Shown here one piece after another: positions 1-7,622 of a DNA stretch of 27,656 bases. The stretch's first letter is position 1, and each line of letters begins with the position of its first letter. Origin of the DNA: Fimbriimonadaceae bacterium (GTDB taxonomy: Bacteria; Armatimonadota; Fimbriimonadia; Fimbriimonadales; Fimbriimonadaceae); the NCBI GenBank assembly GCA_035540435.1, contig DATLGQ010000003.1:1-27656 (forward strand), written 5' to 3'. The notes below the pieces were generated by a model. It had not been told where the DNA came from and ran no database searches. It saw only the letters and a program-made list of their open reading frames with translations. The translations under genes and the position numbers were made by a program.

Positions 1-37
1 ATCGTTCGCCGTGCGGTGGCGGCTTCCCTACCCAGCG

Positions 38-1051
38 TCAGGAACGGCTCACGCCGAGGATCGGCGCCAGGAACTGGCCGGTGTGGCTGCCGGTCACCGT
101 GGCGACGTGCTCGGGCGTGCCCTCGGCCACGACCGTGCCGCCGCCGGAGCCGCCCTCGGGGCCGAGGTCGATGATCCAGTCGGCGGTCTTGATCACGTCG
201 AGGTTGTGCTCGATGACCAGCACCGTGTTGCCCTGGTCCACCAGGCGGTGCAGGACCTGGAGCAGGCGGCGCACATCCGAGAAGTGCAACCCCGTCGTGG
301 GCTCGTCGAGGATGTAGATGGTGCGGCCGGTGGATCGTTTGGAGAGTTCGGCGGCGAGCTTGATGCGCTGGGCCTCGCCGCCAGAGAGGGTGGTCGCCGG
401 CTGGCCGAGCTTGATGTAGCCGAGGCCGACCTCTTCGAGGGTGGTGAGCTTGCGGTGGATCTTGGGGATGGGCTGGAAGAAGGCGACCGCCTCCTCGATC
501 GTCATCTCGAGGACGTCGGTGATGGACTTGCCCTTGTACTTGACCTCGAGGGTCTCGCGGTTGTATCGCTTGCCCTTGCACACCTCGCATGGGACGTAGA
601 CGTCCGGGAGGAAGTGCATCTCGATTTTTATGATGCCGTCCCCCTTGCACGCCTCGCACCGCCCGCCCTTGACGTTGAAGCTGAAGCGGCCGGACTTGTA
701 GCCGCGCATCTTCGCGTCGGGCGTCATGGCGTAGAGGTCGCGGATCATGTCGAACGTGCCGGTGTAGGTGGCTGGGTTGCTTCTTGGGGTTCGTCCGATG
801 GGGGATTGATCGATGTCGATGACCTTGTCGAGTGTCTCGTGCCCTTCGAGGGCGTCGTGGGGTTCCCAGACTCCTCTTGTGCCGTAGACCTCGTACATGA
901 GGCGGGGGAAGAGGGTGTCCTGAACGAGGGTGGACTTGCCGCTGCCCGATACGCCGGTGACGCAGACGAACAGGCCGAGGGGGATGGCCACATCGACCCC
1001 CTGGAGGTTGTTGCCGCGCGCGTTCTTGAGGATCAGCCAGCCTTCAGACAC
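38..1051 (-). CDS. uvrA: Excinuclease ABC subunit A, C-terminal ABC module only (337 aa; N-terminal ~600 aa of a normal UvrA absent here)
   Basis: Starts at the NBD2 boundary ([12 protein letters not shown]). Walker [26 protein letters not shown], Zn-finger [14 protein letters not shown], signature [12 protein letters not shown], Walker [18 protein letters not shown]. In-frame TGA upstream at 1118-1120. Confidence 0.92.
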   Translation of the reverse strand: MSEGWLILKNARGNNLQGVDVAIPLGLFVCVTGVSGSGKSTLVQDTLFPRLMYEVYGTRGVWEPHDALEGHETLDKVIDIDQSPIGRTPRSNPATYTGTFDMIRDLYAMTPDAKMRGYKSGRFSFNVKGGRCEACKGDGIIKIEMHFLPDVYVPCEVCKGKRYNRETLEVKYKGKSITDVLEMTIEEAVAFFQPIPKIHRKLTTLEEVGLGYIKLGQPATTLSGGEAQRIKLAAELSKRSTGRTIYILDEPTTGLHFSDVRRLLQVLHRLVDQGNTVLVIEHNLDVIKTADWIIDLGPEGGSGGGTVVAEGTPEHVATVTGSHTGQFLAPILGVSRS

Positions 1052-1060
1052 GTGGACAGG

Positions 1061-1066
1061 AGGATA
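1061..1066 (-). promoter_or_regulatory. Putative -10 element (ggTATCCT), 9 nt upstream of the uvrA-C GTG start
   Basis: Minus strand reads aaaaggTATCCTcctgtccacGTG. Same ggTANNNT pattern as upstream of fdxA and the 12341 gene. No Shine-Dalgarno at normal spacing. Confidence 0.45.
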
Positions 1067-1222
1067 CCTTTTCGGGTGTTTGTGGTGGGCGCTCCCTGGA
1101 GATCTCTCACCCGCCGCTCACTTCGCGCACGCCTGCCTCCAACGGGTTCGGGTGTTCGGTGTTGTATGTTGCAGGGCTGAAGTCAGTCTCGACATGCGGG
1201 TGGGATCGTCTAACTTAGCGCG

Positions 1223-2139
1223 ATGATTCGTAAACCGACCATCATGGCTCTTCTGGCCCTCGCGGCCCAAGCCTCTGCCGATTACTCACCGACCGCGGCC
1301 AAATGGAATGGCTGGACTGTGCAAACCGGCGAGGACCTGTATGGAGGTGCCCGCCACACGGGATATCCGATCTGGCAGATGTTCGACCGGAAGCCTCAGA
1401 CGGCGTGGGTATTCAGCGGGAAGTTCGCGAATCCTTATCCTGAGGAGGGCGGGCCGCCTTTACGTTCATTTGAGGCGCGTTATTGGCTGGAGTTGACGCC
1501 GGACAACCCGGTGCGGCTGGATGAGCTCCGGATCATGAACGGCTACAACAAGGACGGTCGCACCTTCGGCCGTAACAACCGCATCCTCGAGTTGGAGGTC
1601 GTCGCGTTTGGCCCAAAGTATGGGGACAGAAGCGCCTCGGCACATTCAAGCTGCCGGACCGGATGGGTTGGCACGTGATCAAGATCCCTGACCGCACCTA
1701 CCACCGCCTGAAGCTCGTGGTAAAGGGGATTGCAAGAGGCTCCGAACCTGACGTGGCGGTGTCGGAGCTGGATCCTGTACATAGAGGAAAGAGCAGGGGC
1801 CCTGGTCCCGCTCGTTACGTAACTTTTACTCAGGGCTCGGATTGTGGTTGCTCGACTGTTTGGGAACTGTTGGCCGCGAGCGGCCGTCGCCTGGCAGCCA
1901 CGGTCGACATGGCTGAGATCGTTTGGGACCCGCAGGGACGGTTCTTTGCTGGCGTTGAGAGCGCCGCGCCAGGCAACCGCTTGTGGGTGTTTGATTCCAC
2001 GCGTGGCCAATTCGTCCTGCGGAAGCCTGTTCCAGAGTCGGTATCGACGCCCTACTGGGCTGGAGACCGATTGTTCGAGTTCAAGCCGCAGAGCGGCGAA
2101 GAGCCGCCCCGGATGCTGTGGCGGGTTCCTCCACGTTAG
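1223..2139 (+). pseudogene. Secreted protein with discoidin-like (NADase-type glycan-binding-like) domain, split by a frameshift near 1600-1630
   Basis: Signal-peptide-like N-terminus and domain motifs MFDRKPQTAW and IMNGYNKD..TFGRNNRI..LEV in ORF 1223-1678. The domain continues in the other frame as GQKRLGTFKLPDRMGWHVIKIP...LKLVVKGIARGSEPDVAVSEL (ORF 1663-2139). One extra base around aaagtatggggacag would join them. Confidence 0.7.
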
Positions 2140-2184
2140 TGGGGCTGAACGACTTGATGTAGATTGATGCTGTGGAACCAAAAC

Positions 2185-2243
2185 GCGAACTGCCGCAGGC
2201 TGTGAGCGAAGAGGCTTTGGCTCACAGGGCTGCGCCTGTTCGC
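2185..2243. repeat. Long imperfect inverted repeat (about 23-bp stem, 12-nt loop)
   Basis: Left arm gcgaactgccgcaggctgtgagc (2185-2207) versus reverse complement of right arm gcgaacaggcgcagccctgtgagc (2220-2243): three mismatches and one bulge. Confidence 0.75.
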
Positions 2244-2285
2244 CAGCGGGCTCCACGCTTCGCCAAAATCAAGCGCGAAAATCCC

Positions 2286-2429
2286 ATGGCCTACAAACTT
2301 TGGACACCCGAAGAGGACCAACAGCTGCGACGGGAGTTGGCCGAGAACCTCCCGATCGCCGCCATCGCGAAAGCCCACAACCGCCCACCGAGCGCCATTC
2401 GTTCCCGCTCACGCCGCCTCGCCCAATGA
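2286..2429 (+). CDS. Small (47 aa) Myb/GcrA-like helix-turn-helix protein
   Basis: MAYKLWTPEEDQQLRRELAENLPIAAIAKAHNRPPSAIRSRSRRLAQ: WT.EED..L motif followed by IA.IA..H.R...AIR helix-turn-helix. ATGA overlap with the next gene. ATG 2286 preferred over the GTG 2172 of the ORF track. Confidence 0.65.
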   Translation: MAYKLWTPEEDQQLRRELAENLPIAAIAKAHNRPPSAIRSRSRRLAQ

Positions 2430-3076
2430 TTTTCGCGCTCGACGAACGGGGACTTCGAGTCGAGGCCCGGAGGGGACTCAAGGCCAAGTGCCCGATTTGC
2501 GGCGCGCCCGTGCGAGCCAAATGCGGCGAAGTGCGAGTCTGGCACTGGGCCCACGAGCAGCAGATCGACTGCGATCCCTGGGGCGAGCACGAGTCCGAGT
2601 GGCATCGAGGATGGAAGGCGCTCGCGCCTCTGGAGAGAGTTGAGGTTACGATGGGGCCCCATCGCGCCGACATCGTCGCCACGGACGGCGCCGTCATCGA
2701 GTTGCAATACTCCAGCATCTCGCCTCAGGAGATTCGCGAGCGCGAGGCACATTACGGGCGCATGGTTTGGCTGCTCAACGGCGGCGCGTTCCGCGGCAAG
2801 TTTCGGGTGGAACTGCTCGCAAGTGGCGCCCAATTCGACTGGGCCCACGCGCGCGTGTCGTGGCGGGCGGCGCGCCGCGGCGTGTTCATCCACGGCTACG
2901 AGATCGGGCGCTACCTCCAGATCGTGGACCCCAAGAGCGGCGGCCTCAACCGCATCTGGCGGGCGGCAGCCTGGAGCGACGACATCTTTCAAGTTAAGTC
3001 ACTGGAGCGCAGACGCTTCGCCGGATGCGGGCGACAGATCCCCAAGTCCGCCTTCATCGACCGGTTGATCGGCTAG
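2426..3076 (+). CDS. CoiA-family protein (Zn finger plus PD-(D/E)XK-type nuclease domain)
   Basis: CPICG..V.AKCGEVRVWHWAH zinc finger, ESEWH, HRADIV and VIELQYS (D...ExQ) nuclease motifs. Start re-assigned to ATG 2426 because of the ATGA overlap. Confidence 0.85.
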   Translation: MIFALDERGLRVEARRGLKAKCPICGAPVRAKCGEVRVWHWAHEQQIDCDPWGEHESEWHRGWKALAPLERVEVTMGPHRADIVATDGAVIELQYSSISPQEIREREAHYGRMVWLLNGGAFRGKFRVELLASGAQFDWAHARVSWRAARRGVFIHGYEIGRYLQIVDPKSGGLNRIWRAAAWSDDIFQVKSLERRRFAGCGRQIPKSAFIDRLIG

Positions 3077-3110
3077 CTCGTGCGGGGCTCTGCGCCAGCC
3101 TCACCGAAGG

Positions 3111-3116
3111 TAAAAT
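3111..3116 (+). promoter_or_regulatory. Putative -10 element ggTAAAAT, 7 nt before the fdxA GTG (leaderless-type)
   Basis: cgaaggTAAAATcccgctcGTG; no SD. Confidence 0.6.
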
Positions 3117-3123
3117 CCCGCTC

Positions 3124-3372
3124 GTGCCCTACGTCGTCACCGAACCCTGCATCGGCGTTAAGGACAAGTCCTGCATGACCGTATGTCCGGTCGATTGCAT
3201 CTACGAAGGCGACGACATGGTCTTCATCAATCCAGACGAGTGCATCGACTGCGGATTGTGCGAGCCCGAATGCCCGGTGACGGCGATTTTCGTGGACACC
3301 GACGTGCCCGGCAACTGGAAGGACTACATCGAGAAGAACGCGGTCAAGGGCCGCGAACTGTCCGGCGGCTAG
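3124..3372 (+). CDS. fdxA: 7Fe ([3Fe-4S]/[4Fe-4S]) ferredoxin
   Basis: MPYVVTEPCIGVKDKSCMTVCPVDCI...INPDECIDCGLCEPECPVTAIF, the typical FdxA cysteine pattern. Start GTG 3124. Confidence 0.92.
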   Translation: MPYVVTEPCIGVKDKSCMTVCPVDCIYEGDDMVFINPDECIDCGLCEPECPVTAIFVDTDVPGNWKDYIEKNAVKGRELSGG

Positions 3373-4079
3373 CGCTTTCCGATCACGAACATGGTGCTCA
3401 GCTTGCGCTGGGGCGGTACCACGAGCGAGCCGTTGTAGTAGAGGCAGGTCGAGCCGCCTCCATCCAAGCTGACCGCTTCTTGAACGCCCTTTTGCTTCAT
3501 GGCCTTTCCCAACTCGCTCAAGGTCACCTGGTTCTTGGTGGCGACCAGCACGAGCTTGCCCTGCTTGGTGATGCCGACACCGGTACGCGCGGCCCGACCC
3601 CAGATCCGCTTGTCCTTGAACTTCTGGGCCTTGGGATTCGGCTGCACCTTGCCCTTCTGGATAACCCGCACCGCGCCACGAAGGGCGAACTGGTAGCTGG
3701 ACCAATCCACCTTCTGCTGGAACTTGGGGTCGAAGATCTTCACGCCGCCAAACCAGTCGACTGCGACGACGCTGCCCCGATGTCCCCTCGCGACCAAGTT
3801 GCCGTCGACCAGCACATCGGCGACGGGCCGGTGGCTGCTCGGGGCGAAGAAGGTGCCGGTGATCGCGGCGACCGGCTGCTTTTGCTTGACCAGGTTCCAC
3901 ACCGAGGTGAGCCGCGGGCTGTGAACCGTCGCCGGCTGGAGCGCGCCAGACCGCAGATCGGCCGTGACGACATGGTAGCGGTTCGGGCCCCACTTGAACG
4001 TCTCGTACCCGATGGGCGAGAACGTGGACTGACTATTCGCAATTGCGGCAGCAACTAAAACAACCGGCGCAAGCGCCAT
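3369..4079 (-). CDS. Secreted phosphodiester glycosidase family protein (NAGPA/DUF2233-like)
   Basis: Signal peptide; AAITGTFF, AARTGVG and SLDGGGST motifs; SD gggag upstream of ATG. Confidence 0.85.
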   Translation of the reverse strand: MALAPVVLVAAAIANSQSTFSPIGYETFKWGPNRYHVVTADLRSGALQPATVHSPRLTSVWNLVKQKQPVAAITGTFFAPSSHRPVADVLVDGNLVARGHRGSVVAVDWFGGVKIFDPKFQQKVDWSSYQFALRGAVRVIQKGKVQPNPKAQKFKDKRIWGRAARTGVGITKQGKLVLVATKNQVTLSELGKAMKQKGVQEAVSLDGGGSTCLYYNGSLVVPPQRKLSTMFVIGKR

Positions 4080-4249
4080 GAAACTCCCTCTTCTCCCCCT
4101 TGTGGAGCGCTCTCCCCTCGGCTCCGATATAGACCCTGACGTGCGAACGTACAGGAAGTCGCACCGATTTGTAGAAGTTTAGGTGCTTCTTCTTCACCTT
4201 CTTCAGAGAAGGGCCTGTCTTCATTGTCGGACAAAAACCACGAATTTGG

Positions 4250-4669
4250 CTACTTGTTTTCGATCGTCCACTCAGAAACGACCGCTGGAGCTGCCCGCAG
4301 AGTGGCAATAACCGAGCAGTACTTGGTGTCGCTGAGCTCGACTGCGCGCGCCACCGCGTCCGGATCGAGGTCCGGCCCTTCCAGGATGTGCTTGATCCGG
4401 ATGGACTCGAAAGGCCGGGGCCACTGCCCGATCGGCGGCCGCGCCCCGTCCACCTCGATGCGGTAGGCGGTCACCTGCTGCCGCTTCTTCGCGAGAATCA
4501 ACACGACGTCGATTGCGCTGCATGCGGCGACGGCCGTCAGCAGCGCTTCGATCGGGGTAGGACCCTTGCCTTCGCCTCCACTCTCAGGATGGGCGTCCAC
4601 GATGAACGTCGCACCGCTCGGCGGCCTCGCCTCGAAAGCCAATCCTCCCTTCCAATGCACCTCGAACAT
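4250..4669 (-). CDS. OsmC/YhfA-like family protein
   Basis: GPTPIEALLTAVAACSAIDV and SDTKYCSV with the two conserved cysteines. Confidence 0.9.
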   Translation of the reverse strand: MFEVHWKGGLAFEARPPSGATFIVDAHPESGGEGKGPTPIEALLTAVAACSAIDVVLILAKKRQQVTAYRIEVDGARPPIGQWPRPFESIRIKHILEGPDLDPDAVARAVELSDTKYCSVIATLRAAPAVVSEWTIENK

Positions 4670-4762
4670 GACTCATTGTCCACATTCCAGCAGGAATCGC
4701 GCGTGGAGGTTTCGGGCTCCTCGGCCAAAATCACAGCGGTACCATTAGGCTCCTCCTCCGTT

Positions 4763-5596
4763 GTGAGCATCTCTCCCGGCTCTCCCTATATCGTGTTCGA
4801 CGACGTCGAAGTCCGCTACAACGAGTTCGTGTACGGGCTCCGCGGCGTCAGCCTCAGCATTCAGCGTGGCGACTTCGTTTTCTTCGTCGGGAACTCGGGA
4901 GCCGGCAAGAGCACGCTTCTGAAGGTGCTCACCCGAGAGGTGCATCAGGACGAAGGCCGCCTTCTCTTTCAGGGACGCGACCTCAGCAACCTGAAGGCTT
5001 CCGAAATCCCGTACCTGCGTCGGGAGATGGGCATCGTCCCGCAGGACTTCGCGCTGCTCCCCCGCAAGCGGGTCTGGGAGAATGTCGCGTACGCGATGCG
5101 GGCAGTGGGCGCGAGCAAGCGCGAAGTGCGCAAGCGGGTGCCTGAGATCCTGGAGCGGGTGAACATCGGGCACCGGGCGGATGCGTTCCCCCACGAGCTG
5201 AGCGGTGGCGAGCAGCAAAGGGTGGCGATCGGGCGAGCGCTGATCAACAACCCCAGCCTTCTTATCGCCGACGAACCGACCGGGAATCTCGACCCCGAGC
5301 ACTCGTGGGAGATCATGGAGCTGCTCAAGACGCTCAACTTGCGGGGCACGACGGTGCTGGTGGCCAGCCATGACATGATGGTCGTCGACCGAATGGGCCG
5401 TCGCATCGTGACGCTCAAGGGGGGACGCGTGGTACATGACACGGCCACGGCGGTCGCCCTGGCGGTGCCACCGACCGCTGCCGCCGCCGAGCCGGTGGTC
5501 GAGGGCGAGGTTGACCAACGGGAGAAGGTCGCGATTCAGCTAGAGGAAGACGCGGATCTCAAGGATCTGGAGGTGCTGGAGGACGCCGATGCTTGA
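4763..5596 (+). CDS. ftsE: Cell division ATP-binding protein FtsE
   Basis: Walker A GNSGAGKST, GIVPQDF.LL, LSGGEQQRVAIGRA, IADEPTGNLD; directly upstream of ftsX. Start placed at GTG 4763 (approximate). Acidic C-terminal tail. Confidence 0.92.
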   Translation: MSISPGSPYIVFDDVEVRYNEFVYGLRGVSLSIQRGDFVFFVGNSGAGKSTLLKVLTREVHQDEGRLLFQGRDLSNLKASEIPYLRREMGIVPQDFALLPRKRVWENVAYAMRAVGASKREVRKRVPEILERVNIGHRADAFPHELSGGEQQRVAIGRALINNPSLLIADEPTGNLDPEHSWEIMELLKTLNLRGTTVLVASHDMMVVDRMGRRIVTLKGGRVVHDTATAVALAVPPTAAAAEPVVEGEVDQREKVAIQLEEDADLKDLEVLEDADA

Positions 5597-6473
5597 TCGG
5601 GTCGAGTTCCTGGTGCGGGAGGCCCTGGTCTCGCTGCGGCGCAACAGCCTGATGACCTTCGCCGCCGTCACCACGGTCGCGGTGTCGCTTTTCCTGCTAG
5701 GTGGGCTGGGGTACGCCTACCTCAAGCTGCGCGATTACGGCGAGTCCCTCCCTAGCCAGTTCGACGCGCGGGTGTTCCTCAAGGACGGCGTGACGAAGGA
5801 ACGGATCAGCGAGCTGGCGGGCGAGATCCGCCGGATGCCGGGCGTAGCCAGCTGCGTATGGATCCCCCGGGACGCGTACTGGAAGAAGGTGCTGGAGGAG
5901 GACCCCGAGATGATGCGTGAATACGGGGCCGACCCCGACTTCGAGAACCCCTACCCGGACGCCTTCAAGATCGTTTGGTCGGACCTCGAGCTAGCCCGGG
6001 AGACTAGCGCGGCGATTGCCGAAGATTCGGATGTGGCTTCGGTGCAGCAGTTTGCGGACGAGCAGCGGGTGGTGGCTCAGGCTCAGCGGCTCATCCGCGG
6101 GGTCGGCATCGGGCTCGGCGGGCTGCTGTTCATGACCGGGGGGATTCTCATCTATAATGCGATTCGTCTGACGGTTATCGCACGGAGGCGAGAAATCCGG
6201 ATCATGCAGCTAGTGGGGGCAACCCGGGCGACGGTAAGGATTCCGTTCCTGATCGAGGGCATCGTTCAGGGCCTGATCGGCGGCGGCCTCGCTTGTCTGA
6301 TCTTGATGGCCGCGCAAGCCAGCCTGGCCAACTTCCTCAGCACCTTGGACGCCTTCCAAAGACCCGAACCCTTTCCTATGGGGCTCGCCCTCGCCGCCCT
6401 TTGTACGGCCGGAGCGCTGTACGGCTTGCTCTGTTCCTACATCGCGGTGCGAGAACCTACCCGAACGCCATGA
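5589..6473 (+). CDS. ftsX: Cell division permease FtsX
   Basis: RRNSLMTFAAVTTVAVSLFLLG TM1, large extracytoplasmic loop with ENPYPDAF, IYNAIRLTVIARRREIRIMQLVGAT...IPFLIEG. Confidence 0.92.
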   Translation: MLDRVEFLVREALVSLRRNSLMTFAAVTTVAVSLFLLGGLGYAYLKLRDYGESLPSQFDARVFLKDGVTKERISELAGEIRRMPGVASCVWIPRDAYWKKVLEEDPEMMREYGADPDFENPYPDAFKIVWSDLELARETSAAIAEDSDVASVQQFADEQRVVAQAQRLIRGVGIGLGGLLFMTGGILIYNAIRLTVIARRREIRIMQLVGATRATVRIPFLIEGIVQGLIGGGLACLILMAAQASLANFLSTLDAFQRPEPFPMGLALAALCTAGALYGLLCSYIAVREPTRTP

Positions 6474-7597
6474 AGAACGTCTCGAGGAACCTGAGTCTCA
6501 TTCTCCTGCTCATGGCAGCTTTTGCGCCCGTAGCGGCGCAGCGCGCGAACGAGGGCAAGCTCAAGAACGACCTCTCCAAGCTGCGCAGCGAGAGGCGGGA
6601 CGCCAGCCGCAAGCTGCGTACCACCCGCACCAAGGTGCGGGCGGTACGGGGAGACATTCGACTCGTCGACGAGCGACTCAATACCGTCAGCAGTCGTCTC
6701 GAGTCCACCTCTCAGCGGCTGGAGGAGAGCCGCCGCGAGCAGGAGCGACTGGCGAGCGATCTCGTACAGGCCACTCAGCGGCTGGGTGAACGGCGGGAGC
6801 AAGTGAGGGCGCGGCTACGGCGAATGTACATGCAAGGCCACACCTCCGCGCTGTCTGGCCTCGTCCAGAGCAAATCGCTGGGCGAACTCGCCTCCCGTCA
6901 GTATCTGTACGAGCGGCTGCGGGACCAGGATCGCAAGGTCTTTGAAGAGTATCGGTCGTTGAGGGAGCAGGTGGCCGAGCGCAAAGAGCGGCAAGACCGG
7001 TTGGTGGTCGAAGTTTCGCGCCTCAAACGCGACCAAGAGATGCAGCAGCATTCGCTGGAGGTAGCGCGAAGTGAAAAGCAAGAGCTCCTTCAGGATTTGC
7101 GGGGCCAGCAACAGGAGCTGGAGAAGATGCTCGCCCAGTTGGAGGCGGAGGAAGCGGCGATCGAAGCGCGGCTGGCTGCCCTGGCGCGGCGGGGATCATC
7201 CCTGCCGGCCTTCACGGGCCGGTTCATGCGGCCGGTGAACGCCGGCGTCACGAGCGGCTTCGGCATGCGCTTTCACCCGATCTTGAAGGTGAACCGGCTG
7301 CACAAGGGCGTGGATTTCGGCGCGCCTACGGGAACGCCCATCTACGCGGCCGCCGACGGAATCGTGATCACGGCCGGCTACTCGAACGGGTACGGCAACA
7401 TGGTGATCCTCGACCACGGCGGCGGGGTGACGACGTTGTACGGCCATGCATCGCGATTGTATGTGAGCGAGGGGCAGCGGGTTTCAAAGGGTGAGCGCAT
7501 AGCCGCCGTCGGCTCTACGGGCCTCTCGACCGGGCCGCATTTGCATTGGGAAGTGCGGATCAATGGTCAGCCGGTGAATCCCCTCGGCAGACTCTGA
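6470..7597 (+). CDS. Coiled-coil plus M23 peptidase (EnvC-like architecture)
   Basis: Signal peptide, long coiled coil, M23 domain with HKGVD, YGNMVILDH, LYGH and GPHLHWE. ATGA overlap with ftsX places the start at 6470. Confidence 0.9.
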   Translation: MKNVSRNLSLILLLMAAFAPVAAQRANEGKLKNDLSKLRSERRDASRKLRTTRTKVRAVRGDIRLVDERLNTVSSRLESTSQRLEESRREQERLASDLVQATQRLGERREQVRARLRRMYMQGHTSALSGLVQSKSLGELASRQYLYERLRDQDRKVFEEYRSLREQVAERKERQDRLVVEVSRLKRDQEMQQHSLEVARSEKQELLQDLRGQQQELEKMLAQLEAEEAAIEARLAALARRGSSLPAFTGRFMRPVNAGVTSGFGMRFHPILKVNRLHKGVDFGAPTGTPIYAAADGIVITAGYSNGYGNMVILDHGGGVTTLYGHASRLYVSEGQRVSKGERIAAVGSTGLSTGPHLHWEVRINGQPVNPLGRL

Positions 7598-7622
7598 TTT
7601 GCCTGTTCGGCGAGATCCGCAG

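Noticed and set aside
11-1180. 389-aa plus-strand ORF
   Set aside because: Antisense shadow of the conserved uvrA frame; no recognisable motifs; expected in high-GC DNA.
1052-1222. Possible intron, intein or frameshifted remainder of uvrA
   Set aside because: No group II domain V or intein terminal motif seen, and none of the three minus frames gives UvrA-like sequence.
2291-2992. 233-aa minus ORF and the 2300 start for CoiA
   Set aside because: Antisense shadow; the CoiA homology starts at ATG 2426 with an ATGA overlap.
1223-3076. Integrated mobile element disrupting uvrA
   Set aside because: No integrase, transposase, terminal repeats or other half of uvrA on the far side within the window.
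3073-4058. Long alternative-frame ORFs 3073-3993 and 3183-4058
   Set aside because: Overlap the well-supported fdxA and glycosidase genes; Arg/Gly-rich off-frame composition.
4033-4308. Lys-rich 91-aa minus ORF spanning the OsmC to glycosidase gap
   Set aside because: Overlaps both flanking genes in another frame, with no family motif; more likely promoter or UTR sequence.
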